Positions 25,178 through 36,635 of a stretch of 64,000 bases of DNA are shown here, one piece after another (position 1 is the stretch's first letter; each line of letters begins with the position of its first letter). This DNA comes from an uncultured virus (IMG/VR IMGVR_UViG_3300032093_000084) (lineage: Duplodnaviria; Heunggongvirae; Uroviricota; Caudoviricetes). Below the pieces are notes generated by a model. The model was not told the DNA's origin and searched no databases. It saw nothing but the letters and a program-made list of their open reading frames with translations. Location: the IMG/VR virus record IMGVR_UViG_3300032093_000084; one strand, given 5' to 3'. Made by a program: the position numbers and the translations under genes.

Positions 25178-25853
25178 TGTTTATTTTACAAAAGTAACAG
25201 ACTTTGCAATTGCTGCATATAATCGAACTGCAGAACAGCCGGCGTTACGAGAAAAAATATATCGTCGGTTTATTTATCCAGCGTTCATGAAAATGGCTGA
25301 GAATCTAATTAATAAAATTAAACCAACATATATTGATTCATCATTTACTGATTTACAAACAGACCTTGTTACCTATCTAACAGAACGATTGAATAAATTT
25401 AATCCAGAAGCTGGTAAAGCGTATTCATATTATACTAGAACTTCATTTAATTATTTAATTGCTGAAAATCAAAAGGCATATTCTAAGTTAAAAGCTGATG
25501 CATTAGAAATAGATGTTGATGAACAACGTAATATCATTATAGAAATACATAATGATGATATGCGAGAAACATTGCAATATTTTATGGATGCGTATATTAA
25601 TTATTGTTATGATAATTTAAATTATATTTTTACAAATCCAACAGATATTCACGTAGCTGATTCAGTTTTACATATTTTTGAGACTAGAGAAAATATAGAA
25701 AACTTTAATAAAAAAGCTCTTTATATTTTTATTAGAGAACGTACGGGTTTAGAAACTACTAATATTACACGGGTAATTAAAACACTCAAACAAATTTACG
25801 TTGATAACTTTAAAGAATATGAACAATCTAATTTCGTAAAATTGCCGTTTTAA
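25152..25853 (+). CDS. Late-transcription sigma factor (T4 gp55-like)
   Basis: NVYFT, KMAENL, LNKFNPEAGKAYSYYTRTSFNYLI region-2 pattern. Confidence 0.7.
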   Translation: MAPKKKKSNVYFTKVTDFAIAAYNRTAEQPALREKIYRRFIYPAFMKMAENLINKIKPTYIDSSFTDLQTDLVTYLTERLNKFNPEAGKAYSYYTRTSFNYLIAENQKAYSKLKADALEIDVDEQRNIIIEIHNDDMRETLQYFMDAYINYCYDNLNYIFTNPTDIHVADSVLHIFETRENIENFNKKALYIFIRERTGLETTNITRVIKTLKQIYVDNFKEYEQSNFVKLPF

Positions 25854-25879
25854 TATTTATTATTAAAGGATTTTACGTT

Positions 25880-26320
25880 ATGGATAGAAATGATGAATTA
25901 TTTAAAGGAACAACCTTTGCAGATTTGATGTCTGATGTCTATCATAATTCTAAAAAGAAAGATAGACAAATTAATCAACTTATTGCTCAGTTACAGCCAT
26001 TAATAAAAAATGCATCAGATGCAACAATCATTGTTCCATTAATCAAGGAATATTTAGATGTTGCAGTTAAAAATGATGATCATCTTGTTAAATTAACGGC
26101 AATCGTTCAACGTTATATTTCAACTAAACAAACTATTACTGGAGCGGATAGTTTATTAAGCGATGAAGAAAAACAACAATTACTTCGTGTTGCAGAACAA
26201 ACACTTTCTGACGAGTTGTCTGATGAATTAGATGTTTTTGATAAAGAAGATGTAGCATTAAATGAACGCATTCGACAAACTAAAGAAAAATTAGATCAAA
26301 CAAAGGATTTAAATGTCTAA
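25880..26320 (+). CDS. Helical hypothetical late protein
   Basis: 146 aa after ATATTTAT and AAGGA. Confidence 0.75.
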   Translation: MDRNDELFKGTTFADLMSDVYHNSKKKDRQINQLIAQLQPLIKNASDATIIVPLIKEYLDVAVKNDDHLVKLTAIVQRYISTKQTITGADSLLSDEEKQQLLRVAEQTLSDELSDELDVFDKEDVALNERIRQTKEKLDQTKDLNV

Positions 26321-27329
26321 GCGAATTGAATGGGATGTTGCTGAAGTATTAGAATATGATTATACATACCAATGGATTCCAGAAACGGAACCAGATTCTA
26401 CTACTAATAAACTTTTTGCATTAAAAGTAAGATCATGTAGTTCATATTTTAATGATAGAACATATATTGCTAAGCCAGCAAATATAAACATGAAACAAAT
26501 TCCATTAATTGGCGAATTTGTTTTAATTTATAAAACATTTAATCAAGAATCTACAACTAATAGATGGAGAGAAGCTTGGTATTATGTTTCATCTATTGAT
26601 ATTCAATCTTCAATGAATGAAAACATGTTGCCTGGATTATCTAATAGTGCAAATCAAGAAGAAATTGATAATGTAAAACCAGGTAAAACATTTACGAAAC
26701 AGTCAATATCTCCATTACAGCCATATGAAGGTGATTTTTTAATTGAAGGTCGCTTTGGTAATAGTATTCGATTTGGTAATAGTGTTGATACCAATAATAT
26801 TCCTGCTGGCTATTATCATAAAAATCCTACGTGGTTTACTCAAAATTTAACATATGATCCTATAATTATATTATCAAATGGACATACTAATTTGTCTGGA
26901 AAAGAATTTGTTGTTGAAGATATTGAACGAGATTCATCATCGTTATATTTAACTAGTAATCAACAATTAACTACATTAAAACTATCTAGATCATTAACTG
27001 TTAATAATAATTTTGCTGGGTCACAATTTGTTGCAATAGGTGACAGAATTATTTTACGTGCTAAAAAAGATATTGCAGTTATTGATGCTGAACGTGGTAT
27101 TATTTTAAATACTAATGAAACAGTAAAAATTGGTGCAGATGATGCAAATGAGCCTTTACCGCATGGTACTGTGTTATTACAAATATTAAATAAATTAATA
27201 GCTGCAATTCAACTTGGTACTACTGGTGCTGGCGGGCCTGGGGTGCCAATTGGTATCCCGGAATTAACAGAAGCAGCTACACTTATTGCTGAATTAAATA
27301 GTAACAAATATTTTATAAAGAAAAATTAA
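26313..27329 (+). CDS. Putative baseplate hub/spike protein (gp5-like)
   Basis: IPLIGEFVLI OB-like part, EGD..IEGRFGNSIRFG, beta-repeat C-terminus; precedes gp25/gp6. Confidence 0.55.
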   Translation: MSKRIEWDVAEVLEYDYTYQWIPETEPDSTTNKLFALKVRSCSSYFNDRTYIAKPANINMKQIPLIGEFVLIYKTFNQESTTNRWREAWYYVSSIDIQSSMNENMLPGLSNSANQEEIDNVKPGKTFTKQSISPLQPYEGDFLIEGRFGNSIRFGNSVDTNNIPAGYYHKNPTWFTQNLTYDPIIILSNGHTNLSGKEFVVEDIERDSSSLYLTSNQQLTTLKLSRSLTVNNNFAGSQFVAIGDRIILRAKKDIAVIDAERGIILNTNETVKIGADDANEPLPHGTVLLQILNKLIAAIQLGTTGAGGPGVPIGIPELTEAATLIAELNSNKYFIKKN

Positions 27330-27330
27330 T

Positions 27331-28167
27331 ATGGCAGTAGCACCACCGTTTGATCTAATAATTGAAAAAATTCCAACCGCAATTTCTAAAATAGAACGTG
27401 TATTCCAAAAAATACAAACGAAAATAACAGACGTTGCATTAGATATTTCAAAAGAATCAGTACAGCTTCCTAATCGTATTAGTTGTTCAGATCCTAGGGT
27501 AGTTAGATTAAAAAATTTATTAACTAAATTGTCATTTTATATTCAAGAATTACTTAAATATTTAAGTTGGCTGAATATAGCAACTGCAATATTATCAGTT
27601 GTTGCATCTGCCGGTGCTGCATATGTTGCATTTCGTTTGGCAATTCCACAACCGTTGATTGCAGTAGATTCTGAAACTATTAATTTTCAAAAAGAATTAT
27701 TTGCAACAATAAAATCAGTAATTAAAAAGTTTGCACCAATATTAGCTTTAATTACTGCATCAGTTGCTACATCATCTGTTATCATCGCTCCTGCTATTAA
27801 TATAATTTCGCAAATTTGTGTTAATGAAGAATTACCAATAAATGCATATACGCAAGCAGCTATTGCACAAATACAACAAACGGCTGTTGAAGTAGAAGGC
27901 GTGGCGATTTCCGAATCACGTTTTTATCAAGATGTTAATGTATCAGAAGATGATATACAATCTAGAGCAGATGCCTTACAAGCACTAATTGATCAACAAC
28001 GTTCATTAACTGATTTATTAGAGGCTCCTAGCACTGTAATATTAGTTGTAGGTCGACCTGATAATTCTATAGGTAAAGCTGGAGATTATGCAATAAATCG
28101 ACGAGCAAAAATTATATATGGTCCAAAACCATCTGATTCTGAATGGAATGAGGGCATAAACTACTAG
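27331..28167 (+). CDS. Hypothetical structural-module protein with hydrophobic segments
   Basis: 278 aa; C-terminal P...G..GDY..N....IYGPK. Confidence 0.65.
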   Translation: MAVAPPFDLIIEKIPTAISKIERVFQKIQTKITDVALDISKESVQLPNRISCSDPRVVRLKNLLTKLSFYIQELLKYLSWLNIATAILSVVASAGAAYVAFRLAIPQPLIAVDSETINFQKELFATIKSVIKKFAPILALITASVATSSVIIAPAINIISQICVNEELPINAYTQAAIAQIQQTAVEVEGVAISESRFYQDVNVSEDDIQSRADALQALIDQQRSLTDLLEAPSTVILVVGRPDNSIGKAGDYAINRRAKIIYGPKPSDSEWNEGINY

Positions 28168-28194
28168 TACTAATATTTATTAATAAAGTATCAT

Positions 28195-28689
28195 ATGGAT
28201 TCAAAAACACTTGTAAAAGCACTAAAAGTAGCCGTACGTGAGGTTATAAAAGAAGAATTAACAGAAATTCTTCGCGAAGGATTACAATCTACTATTATGG
28301 AAATGAAACAGCCACAGACACAACGACAAGCGCCGGCTACGCCTGCAGCACCGAAACGTAAGACGGTGCAATTCTCCGAAAATCGTTGGGCTTCGGTTTT
28401 AAATGAAACAGAACCTATTGTAGAGCAAGGTCCAAATGTAATGAATAGTTTTGCTGATATAATGAATGAGGGTATGGATGAAATTCGAATGACATCTAAA
28501 GATGCTGTTAATTTTGGTATGATGCGTCAATCTATGAAAGAATCTTTAGGAATGGCACCTGCAGCACCTAAAATAATGGAAGATCCAGAAACTGGTAAAA
28601 CATTTGAAGTTCCTGTTGAAGTTCAACAAGCCATGACACGTGATTATTCTTCATTAATGAACGCAATGAATAAGAAAAAAGGTATATAA
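28195..28689 (+). CDS. Hypothetical late protein
   Basis: AVREVIKEEL.EILRE N-terminus; TRDYSSLM C-terminus. Confidence 0.7.
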   Translation: MDSKTLVKALKVAVREVIKEELTEILREGLQSTIMEMKQPQTQRQAPATPAAPKRKTVQFSENRWASVLNETEPIVEQGPNVMNSFADIMNEGMDEIRMTSKDAVNFGMMRQSMKESLGMAPAAPKIMEDPETGKTFEVPVEVQQAMTRDYSSLMNAMNKKKGI

Positions 28690-28696
28690 GGATAAT

Positions 28697-29137
28697 ATGG
28701 CATATAAACTCATATCAGTTGAAAATCAAACAACAAAAAATGTAGCTTTAGGTATTTCATATCAAGCTAATAATGGAGTTTTTACGCCAGTATATACAAC
28801 TAATGCACAAGCTATTTTAAATTTAAAAACATTATTATTAACGCGCGTTGGTGAACGATATGGATTTCCAGAGTATGGAACATTTTTATTAAATGTAATT
28901 TTTCAGCCAATAACTAATGATATCAAAAAGCAAATTGAGGATTTTATTATACCTCAGGTAAATAAATTTTTATCATATATAACAATTGAACGTATTGATG
29001 TTGTTACATTAGAAGATGATCCTACATTAGATCATCTAGTTACTGTAACAATAAATTTTACAATCGATAATATTAATACTAGTAGTCTACAAATTTCTGC
29101 AAATGAAGATGGCACATTATTAGTTAATGAACTTTAA
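28697..29137 (+). CDS. Baseplate wedge protein, gp25-like
   Basis: NLKTLLLTRVGERYGFPEYGT.L...FQP. Confidence 0.85.
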   Translation: MAYKLISVENQTTKNVALGISYQANNGVFTPVYTTNAQAILNLKTLLLTRVGERYGFPEYGTFLLNVIFQPITNDIKKQIEDFIIPQVNKFLSYITIERIDVVTLEDDPTLDHLVTVTINFTIDNINTSSLQISANEDGTLLVNEL

Positions 29138-29145
29138 GGATTATA

Positions 29146-31026
29146 ATGGAAACTAAAAAAGATGTTTCATATTTAGGTAAAGATTTTAGTCAATTTAAAA
29201 AAAATTTAATTGACTTTAGCAAACAATACTTTCCGTCAACATATACTGATTTTAATGAATCTTCTCCTGGAAGTTTGTTTATAGAAATGGCAGCATATGT
29301 TGGAGATGTATTATCATTTTATGCTGATACTAATTTAAAAGAATCATTATTAGAACAAGCATCAGAACGTAGTAATATATATGATATTGCTCGAGCATTA
29401 GGATATAGACCATTAAATGTAGTTCCAGCACATGTTACATTAGATATATTTCAAATTGTTCCAGCAATCGGCTCGGGCGCATCAATAAGACCGGATTTTA
29501 ATTATGCACTATCTATTAAGCCTGGTATGCGAATAAAACAAGCAGCTGGCACTTCAATTTTTAGAACATTAGATAGTATAGATTTTGGATTCTCTTCATC
29601 TTTTAACCCCACTGAAATAACAGTATATGAAAGTGATCCTAGCACATTACAACCTACATATTATTTATTAAAGAAACAAGCGCCGGCAGTATCTGGAGAT
29701 GTAAAAACAGCAACATTTACATTTAATGCGCCAGTAGCATATGATAAAATAGTTTTACCAGAAACAAATATAATAGAAATTATTTCAGTAACAGAATCAG
29801 ATGGTGACAACTGGTATGAAGTTCCGTATTTAGCACAAGATACAATTTTCGAATCTATACCTAATTTAGCAGAGAATGATCCGGATTTATCGATATATCG
29901 ATCATCGTCTCCTAGTTTATTAAAATTAAAAAAGACAGCTAAACGTTTTATAACTCGTTTAAGAAGTGATAATCGTTTAGAATTGCAATTCGGAGCAGGT
30001 ATATCAGATAATAATGATGAAGAATTAGTTCCAAATCCAACCAATGTAGGAAATGGATTGTCAGCTTTACGTAGATCGGTTGATGTTAATATCGATCCAT
30101 CGAATTTTTTATATACTAGAACTTATGGTCAAGCTCCATCGAATACTACATTAACTATTACATATACTGTCGGTAATGGTATTGCTGATAATGTTCCTGC
30201 AAATGTACTAAATTCTATAGATTTTATTGAATATGATGAAGATGTTAATTCTATAGCTGCAATAGGCATTGTAAATTTTGTTAAAAATACAGTAGCTGTA
30301 ACAAATTCAGCTCCAGCAACGGGTGCTAAAACAGCTGATAGTTTACAAGATATTAAAAATAATGCTATGGCAAGTTTTGCTACTCAAAATAGATTAGTTA
30401 CTAGAGATGATTATATTATACGAGCATATTCAATGCCAGCTAAGTATGGTAGTATTGCTAAAGCATATATCGTCCCTGATGATCAAATTGCACAATCAGA
30501 TTATCAAGGAACTCGTATACCAAATCCATTGGCTATGAATTTATATGTTTTAGGTTTCAATCAATCTAAACAATTGGTTGAATTAAATGATGCAGTTAAA
30601 AATAATTTGCAAACGTATTTAGATTATTATAGAATTTTAACTGATGCTGTAAATATTAAGGATGCATTTGTTATTAACATAGGTTTAGATTTTGAAATAT
30701 CAGTATTATCAAACTATAACAGTAATGAAGTTTTATTAAATTGTATCGACGCACTTAAACAATTTTTTGATATAGATCGTTGGCAAATAAATCAACCAAT
30801 TGTGTTATCTGATATATTTAATGTATTGGTTAATACTAAAGGTGTTCAATCTGTAGTTAATGTTAATTTTAAAAATTTGTATGATTCAGATCAAGGATAT
30901 TCTGGAAATGTATATGATTTAAATGCAGCTACTAAAAATAATGTAATTTATCCTTCATTAGATCCTAGTATCTTCGAAGTTAAATTTTTAAATAAAGACA
31001 TTCGGGGACGTGTTGTAAATTATTAA
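29146..31026 (+). CDS. Baseplate wedge protein, gp6/baseplate J-like
   Basis: YLGKDF, DFNESSPG, AYVGDVLSFY, QNRLVTRDDY. Confidence 0.85.
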   Translation: METKKDVSYLGKDFSQFKKNLIDFSKQYFPSTYTDFNESSPGSLFIEMAAYVGDVLSFYADTNLKESLLEQASERSNIYDIARALGYRPLNVVPAHVTLDIFQIVPAIGSGASIRPDFNYALSIKPGMRIKQAAGTSIFRTLDSIDFGFSSSFNPTEITVYESDPSTLQPTYYLLKKQAPAVSGDVKTATFTFNAPVAYDKIVLPETNIIEIISVTESDGDNWYEVPYLAQDTIFESIPNLAENDPDLSIYRSSSPSLLKLKKTAKRFITRLRSDNRLELQFGAGISDNNDEELVPNPTNVGNGLSALRRSVDVNIDPSNFLYTRTYGQAPSNTTLTITYTVGNGIADNVPANVLNSIDFIEYDEDVNSIAAIGIVNFVKNTVAVTNSAPATGAKTADSLQDIKNNAMASFATQNRLVTRDDYIIRAYSMPAKYGSIAKAYIVPDDQIAQSDYQGTRIPNPLAMNLYVLGFNQSKQLVELNDAVKNNLQTYLDYYRILTDAVNIKDAFVINIGLDFEISVLSNYNSNEVLLNCIDALKQFFDIDRWQINQPIVLSDIFNVLVNTKGVQSVVNVNFKNLYDSDQGYSGNVYDLNAATKNNVIYPSLDPSIFEVKFLNKDIRGRVVNY

Positions 31027-31034
31027 GGAAATAG

Positions 31035-32150
31035 ATGTTTAGAATATTTTATGCAGAAAAAGATGCAACTTTATATGAATCATATCCAACGCAAAATACT
31101 GGATTAGATGAAATATTAGAAATTGGAAAACGATTAAATGATGATGGGGACGTATTATTAAAATCTAGAAGCGTTCTTAAATTTGATATGTCTGAAATTT
31201 CATCATCATTATCAAAATATGGAAAAACAGTTAATGATTGCAAGTTTATTATGCAGTTATTTACATCGGATGCAAAATCATTGCCAGCGTCATATACCGT
31301 TACTGCAAAAATGATTGGTGAAGAATGGAACAATGGCACTGGCTATTTATCTACTCTAACTAGTAATGGTGTTACATGGGATGGCCCTACATCTGGGTCA
31401 AGTTGGATATCAGGAAGTCAAAAAATAGAAATTGGTACAAGTGATTTATATATTTCAGGATCAGGAAAAGGCGGAAATTATCTTTATTATTCAGGTTCAA
31501 ATATTGCACCGGTGCTACAAGTTTCTGAATCATTCTCTTATAGAACTAGCGATGTTAATTTAAATGTAACATCTCCTTTAAAGATTTGGTTAAGTGGTAG
31601 TAATAATCAATCAATTCCAAATTATGGTTTTTTAATACAAATGTCCGATTCAAACGAGATAGATAATAATATACAAGGATATGTAAGATTTTTTAGTAGA
31701 GATACTCATACTATATACGTTCCTAAATTAATCATGTATTGGGATGATACTACATATAGTACAGGCTCACTATCAGAAATTGATTTAGAATCATATAGTA
31801 TATACACATCAATTAAACCAATATATAAAGACACGGAGATTGCAAAAATTAGAATATATAGTAGAGACAAATATCCTAGAAAATCACCAACAAATGTATT
31901 TCCATATGAAACCGTGAAAGTATTACCAGACACTACTTATTATTCAGTTGTTGATGCAGCTACAGATGAAGTCATTATTCCATTTGACAATATTTATACT
32001 AAAGTAAGTTGCGATAGTACTAGTAATTTCATTTATTTAGATTTTAATGGTTTAATGCCAGAACGATCATATCGTTTACAATTGAAAATCGTAGATGGAT
32101 TTATAGAACAATATATCGATGACCAAATATATTTCAAAGTAGTTAGATAA
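31035..32150 (+). CDS. Virion structural protein (DNRLRE/CBM96-like)
   Basis: KDATLYE...N.G.DEILE, RSVLKFD, NYGFLI, FFSRD...PKL. Confidence 0.6.
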   Translation: MFRIFYAEKDATLYESYPTQNTGLDEILEIGKRLNDDGDVLLKSRSVLKFDMSEISSSLSKYGKTVNDCKFIMQLFTSDAKSLPASYTVTAKMIGEEWNNGTGYLSTLTSNGVTWDGPTSGSSWISGSQKIEIGTSDLYISGSGKGGNYLYYSGSNIAPVLQVSESFSYRTSDVNLNVTSPLKIWLSGSNNQSIPNYGFLIQMSDSNEIDNNIQGYVRFFSRDTHTIYVPKLIMYWDDTTYSTGSLSEIDLESYSIYTSIKPIYKDTEIAKIRIYSRDKYPRKSPTNVFPYETVKVLPDTTYYSVVDAATDEVIIPFDNIYTKVSCDSTSNFIYLDFNGLMPERSYRLQLKIVDGFIEQYIDDQIYFKVVR

Positions 32151-32998
32151 TGGCAAAACAACAAAATATACCAGTTGATTCTTTAACAAATGAAGTAAAT
32201 GCTAAGTATCAAAAAAATGGCTTAACATATATTTCAAATATTCCAACTGTTAATGTACGAGATGAAGCTGGCAACATTAGATTTGTTGAAGATCAAAAAA
32301 ATCCGTTAGTTATAATAGAACCAGTATCTACAAATATAACAACAAAATCTATAATAAAAGTATTAAATACGCAGTTTAATTATTTTAAATTCCCAGCTCG
32401 AACTACAGTTGTAGAAGAAGATGCATTAGATATCGATTTAGATGTTGCAATTTTAGATTTAGAACAAGATCCTATTTTTGCAAGATATAAACCATCTGAA
32501 AATCGTAAGATAATTGCAATTGCAGCTCCTACATATTCTGGTATATTATTAGATGTTGTAGAAGATGGTCAATTTCAACGACAACCTAATGGTTATTATA
32601 TAACTAGAGAAGTAAAACAATCTGGAAAAGATTTAAGATTTCGTGTGCAGATACTTCATTCATTTACATCATTAGATAATTCATTAACTGCGTCTGTAGC
32701 AGCATTTAGTATAATAAAGAATTCCGGCGCTCAAGTTATACGAAACTATATAGCGCCATTTTATGCGAATGATTCTAGTAGTTCTGGAACTGGCGCTGTT
32801 ACAGAAGGTGAACATGTTACTGAAATAGATGTTGTAATTCTAAATTCAGAATTTGAACAAGGTGATATATTTTCGGTAGGTGCTAGAGCTGATCATAATA
32901 ATGCAAATAATTATCATACAATTGTTGCAGATAGAACGGTCTTGTCAGTAACAGATGCATCACTTAATGTTGATACATTTAATAATGAAATAGAATAA
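32150..32998 (+). CDS. Hypothetical structural protein
   Basis: 282 aa, coupled in baseplate operon. Confidence 0.7.
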   Translation: MAKQQNIPVDSLTNEVNAKYQKNGLTYISNIPTVNVRDEAGNIRFVEDQKNPLVIIEPVSTNITTKSIIKVLNTQFNYFKFPARTTVVEEDALDIDLDVAILDLEQDPIFARYKPSENRKIIAIAAPTYSGILLDVVEDGQFQRQPNGYYITREVKQSGKDLRFRVQILHSFTSLDNSLTASVAAFSIIKNSGAQVIRNYIAPFYANDSSSSGTGAVTEGEHVTEIDVVILNSEFEQGDIFSVGARADHNNANNYHTIVADRTVLSVTDASLNVDTFNNEIE

Positions 32999-35900
32999 TG
33001 TTAAATCAATATAAAAATATCGAAGAAATTAAAACGGCTAAAGGAGCTGTTTCTGCAGATCGTATTAATCGTACGAAAAAAGAATTTTTATCATATGATT
33101 TACAACAAACATATTTTTCTAACAAAGACATTTTAAATGTAACAAATGATTCTAGACTAGAACTACATGTTTATTCGGGTGACAATTGGATTACTGGTAA
33201 TCATAAAATTTCATTTCGAACTAAAATACCGAAGTTTAGAGATCAAAAAAATAATTTAATTAATATTGATTCTGGGATTGGTATTGATTTATACAGTCAA
33301 TTACAATCATTAAAATTAACTAGTGGTAAATTTAAATTTGCTGTTAACTTTTTTAAAAATTTAATTGGAAGTTATGAACATCAACACTTAAGAATTGACG
33401 AAATTTCACCGGATCGTACGGAGATTAGATTACGTGCAATCGATGATCAAGACCCAGAATTTTTACAACAAATAACAAAATATATTCAAACTGTAGATCA
33501 AACTGGATCTATAACGTATAAAACGTATTTATTAAATTTTAGCCGCAATCAAACTATATTATTTGTTAATAGTGTAGTTATAGGTGAGTATTTATATGTA
33601 AAACTTCATGAGCCATTACCGGAACAATATCAAGTAGATTTTAAATGTTGGGTAGTTGAAGAACAAAAACAACCATATATTGATAATGTTTCGATTCTAT
33701 CAAAAGTTGTAACAAAACAATTTAATACATTATCTGGTCCAAATTGGCAAGCAAATTATTCGTTTGATACTTCAGCTGAAACGGAATTAAAAACATGGAC
33801 AGATTTATTAGGTTCGTCTATACAAACTTCACAACAAATTGTTGATTCATATTTTTCTGGAAGTTTAGGAACAGTAAAATTAAATATAGATTATTCAGAT
33901 TTTAATAATTTTATTTTTTATAGTTCAGCGACAGAACGATTGTCTAATTTTAGATATAAATTAGAATTAATTGAATATTATACTTCACAAAGTAATTACA
34001 TATCTACATTATCTGGGTCTGTTCCTACAACTAATGCAGAAGATTTTACCTCATTAAAAACTACTTTAATTGGAGGATTTGATTCATTTGAACAATATTT
34101 GTATTATCAATCGTCTTCTATTTTAACAACAAATAATATACCTTCGATATCGGCGACAGTGCTAGATTTAACTGGTAGTTATATTACGCCAGTGCCGAAA
34201 ATTAATACTAGTAAACCATATATAACATATTCAGTTAATAGTGTAGAATTTAAAGATTGGTACGATTCATTATATGTTACTGCATCGCAATATGATTCGT
34301 TGAATTATAATTCATTATTAAATACAATTCCAGAATATATTAGATTTGATTCATCGAATGAAAATCTATTGATATTCACTAACATGTTAGGTCAACATTA
34401 TGATATAATATATTCATATATTCATAATATGACAAAAATTAACAGTCGAGAAGAAAATCCTAAACTCGGTATGCCAAATGAATTATTATATTCTGTAGCA
34501 AAACAGTTTGGCTGGAATTTAACTAATGGACAACAATCTAGCGATCTTTGGGAATATGTATTAGGAACTAACGAAGCTGGCATACCTTATACAGGTTCAT
34601 TATCAGTAGGCGATCCTGCGATATCGAAACAAGATATGACATATACAGTATGGCGTCGTATTGTCAATAATATTCCAATGCTTTTGAAAAGTAAAGGAAC
34701 TAAGAGAAGTATATACGCTTTGTTAGCCTGTTATGGAATTCCGAAATCATTCCTTACTATAAAAGAATATGGCGGTCCTAGAATTGATAGAGCGCCTGTA
34801 TATGAAAAATTAAATTTTGATTATGCATTAGATTTGAGTGGTAGTTCGTCTGGCACAGTTTCTGTTAATTATTCGCAATCTCTACAAACGATAGAGATGC
34901 GTTTTAGAACCGTAGATGTATTAAAATATCCAACGTTACCTAGTACAATGAATTTATATACAATTGGCTCTAACGCAGTTACAATTGATTTTAGTAGCGG
35001 TACTATGGGTAGTATACAAATTAATGGTACTAGTTCTGCAGATTTTGAGATATTTAATGGAGATTGGATTACAACTACTTTACGTGCCCGAGGTACGAAT
35101 CTAGATATAATTGCCAAAAAATCTAAATATGGTAAAATTGTTACAACTGTATCTGCGTCAGCAACGGGATCAATACCTTATTCCAATACATTAACAATTG
35201 GAAGTACGTCGACGGGAGCTAGTAGATTAATTGGACAAATTCAAGAACTTCGTTTTTGGTCGTCTAGTTTGCAAGATTCAGTTATAAATAATCACACAAA
35301 AGCACCAGGTGCATATGATGGTAATTCTGATACATATTCCGAATTAATTTTTAGATTGCCATTAAATCAAAATATAAATCATTCATTAACATCTAGTATG
35401 CAAGGTGTACAACCAGCACCTTCTGAAATTTCAGCATCATTTATAGGCTGGTCTTTAGCAACGCCATATGATTCAATTGAAGAAACATATTATTATGATG
35501 CGCCTTCGATCGGTGGAGGAACATATGATGATAATAAAATACGATTAGAATCAAATGAATTGGTTGGAACATTAGATGTTAAATCTAGAGCAGAACGTAG
35601 TCAATTTGATAAAGCTCCTTTAGATAGTAATCGTTTAGGTGTATATTTTTCTCCACAGACCATGATTGATGAAGATATAATTGCACATTTAGGTTTTGAA
35701 GATTATGACGATTATATAGGCGATCCTGGATCGGTAAATACTAAATCATATCCAGATTTAATTAGAGTTGCACAATCATATTGGAAAAAATATCAAAATA
35801 AAAATGATATTAATTCATATATTAATATGTTTACGTTGTTTGATTTATCATTTTTTAAACAATTGGAACAATTATTACCGGCAAGAGCTGATAAAATTAC

Positions 35901-36585
35901 TGGTATTTTAATACAACCGAATTTATTAGAACGAAGTAAAGATATAATTTTACCGGTAATTAATAGATTTATTTCTAATTACGATGCTGTGATTTATCAG
36001 ATATCTCCTACAGCTAGTTCTGAATATATATTTTTAAACGCTAATGTAGATGGAAATATTTTATCTGTATCAGGTGAAGATGATAATCAGTGGCAAGCAT
36101 ATTTAACGGCATCTACAGCTGAAAAATATGATAGTATGCCATACTCATATGAATACATAATACGTTCTGGTAGTACCTGGATTACGGCATCATCGCCATA
36201 TTGGTTAAGTGATGTACTTCAACCGATATATATAAATTCAATTCCGTCTACAACTAAATTAATAGATGGAACGCAAACTTATACCACAGCATCGGGCGGA
36301 TCTGGTATCACTGCTACATATGGAACAGGAACATATGGAACAAGTACATATTATTCTGATCCAGTAGGTGCCGGTTGGTCTGGAACATTAGCAGATGTAC
36401 AAGATTATTTGCCAACTGGTATACGTAATCAAAGATATGCTGGATGTAAATTAACTTCGCCAGCATTTAATATTAGTTCACCACAAACAATAGACGGCGG
36501 CCCGGTTGTTGAATGGAGAACATCAAATCCAAATCAGTTAATATATCAACAATATAATAACCAAGGAAGTTTTGTTTTACAATAA
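32998..36585 (+). CDS. Large baseplate protein (gp7-like) with LamG-like segment
   Basis: IPEYI, GQHYD, LLKSKGTKRSI..L...G motifs; G.IQELRFW LamG-like end. Confidence 0.65.
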   Translation: MLNQYKNIEEIKTAKGAVSADRINRTKKEFLSYDLQQTYFSNKDILNVTNDSRLELHVYSGDNWITGNHKISFRTKIPKFRDQKNNLINIDSGIGIDLYSQLQSLKLTSGKFKFAVNFFKNLIGSYEHQHLRIDEISPDRTEIRLRAIDDQDPEFLQQITKYIQTVDQTGSITYKTYLLNFSRNQTILFVNSVVIGEYLYVKLHEPLPEQYQVDFKCWVVEEQKQPYIDNVSILSKVVTKQFNTLSGPNWQANYSFDTSAETELKTWTDLLGSSIQTSQQIVDSYFSGSLGTVKLNIDYSDFNNFIFYSSATERLSNFRYKLELIEYYTSQSNYISTLSGSVPTTNAEDFTSLKTTLIGGFDSFEQYLYYQSSSILTTNNIPSISATVLDLTGSYITPVPKINTSKPYITYSVNSVEFKDWYDSLYVTASQYDSLNYNSLLNTIPEYIRFDSSNENLLIFTNMLGQHYDIIYSYIHNMTKINSREENPKLGMPNELLYSVAKQFGWNLTNGQQSSDLWEYVLGTNEAGIPYTGSLSVGDPAISKQDMTYTVWRRIVNNIPMLLKSKGTKRSIYALLACYGIPKSFLTIKEYGGPRIDRAPVYEKLNFDYALDLSGSSSGTVSVNYSQSLQTIEMRFRTVDVLKYPTLPSTMNLYTIGSNAVTIDFSSGTMGSIQINGTSSADFEIFNGDWITTTLRARGTNLDIIAKKSKYGKIVTTVSASATGSIPYSNTLTIGSTSTGASRLIGQIQELRFWSSSLQDSVINNHTKAPGAYDGNSDTYSELIFRLPLNQNINHSLTSSMQGVQPAPSEISASFIGWSLATPYDSIEETYYYDAPSIGGGTYDDNKIRLESNELVGTLDVKSRAERSQFDKAPLDSNRLGVYFSPQTMIDEDIIAHLGFEDYDDYIGDPGSVNTKSYPDLIRVAQSYWKKYQNKNDINSYINMFTLFDLSFFKQLEQLLPARADKITGILIQPNLLERSKDIILPVINRFISNYDAVIYQISPTASSEYIFLNANVDGNILSVSGEDDNQWQAYLTASTAEKYDSMPYSYEYIIRSGSTWITASSPYWLSDVLQPIYINSIPSTTKLIDGTQTYTTASGGSGITATYGTGTYGTSTYYSDPVGAGWSGTLADVQDYLPTGIRNQRYAGCKLTSPAFNISSPQTIDGGPVVEWRTSNPNQLIYQQYNNQGSFVLQ

Positions 36586-36635
36586 CACCAAAAATACATA
36601 ATATGTATATTTATATTAAATAAGGCAAAAAAATT

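Noticed and set aside
25880..26320. Terminase small subunit
   Set aside because: Helical late protein of suitable size, but no motif I can recognise and far from terL
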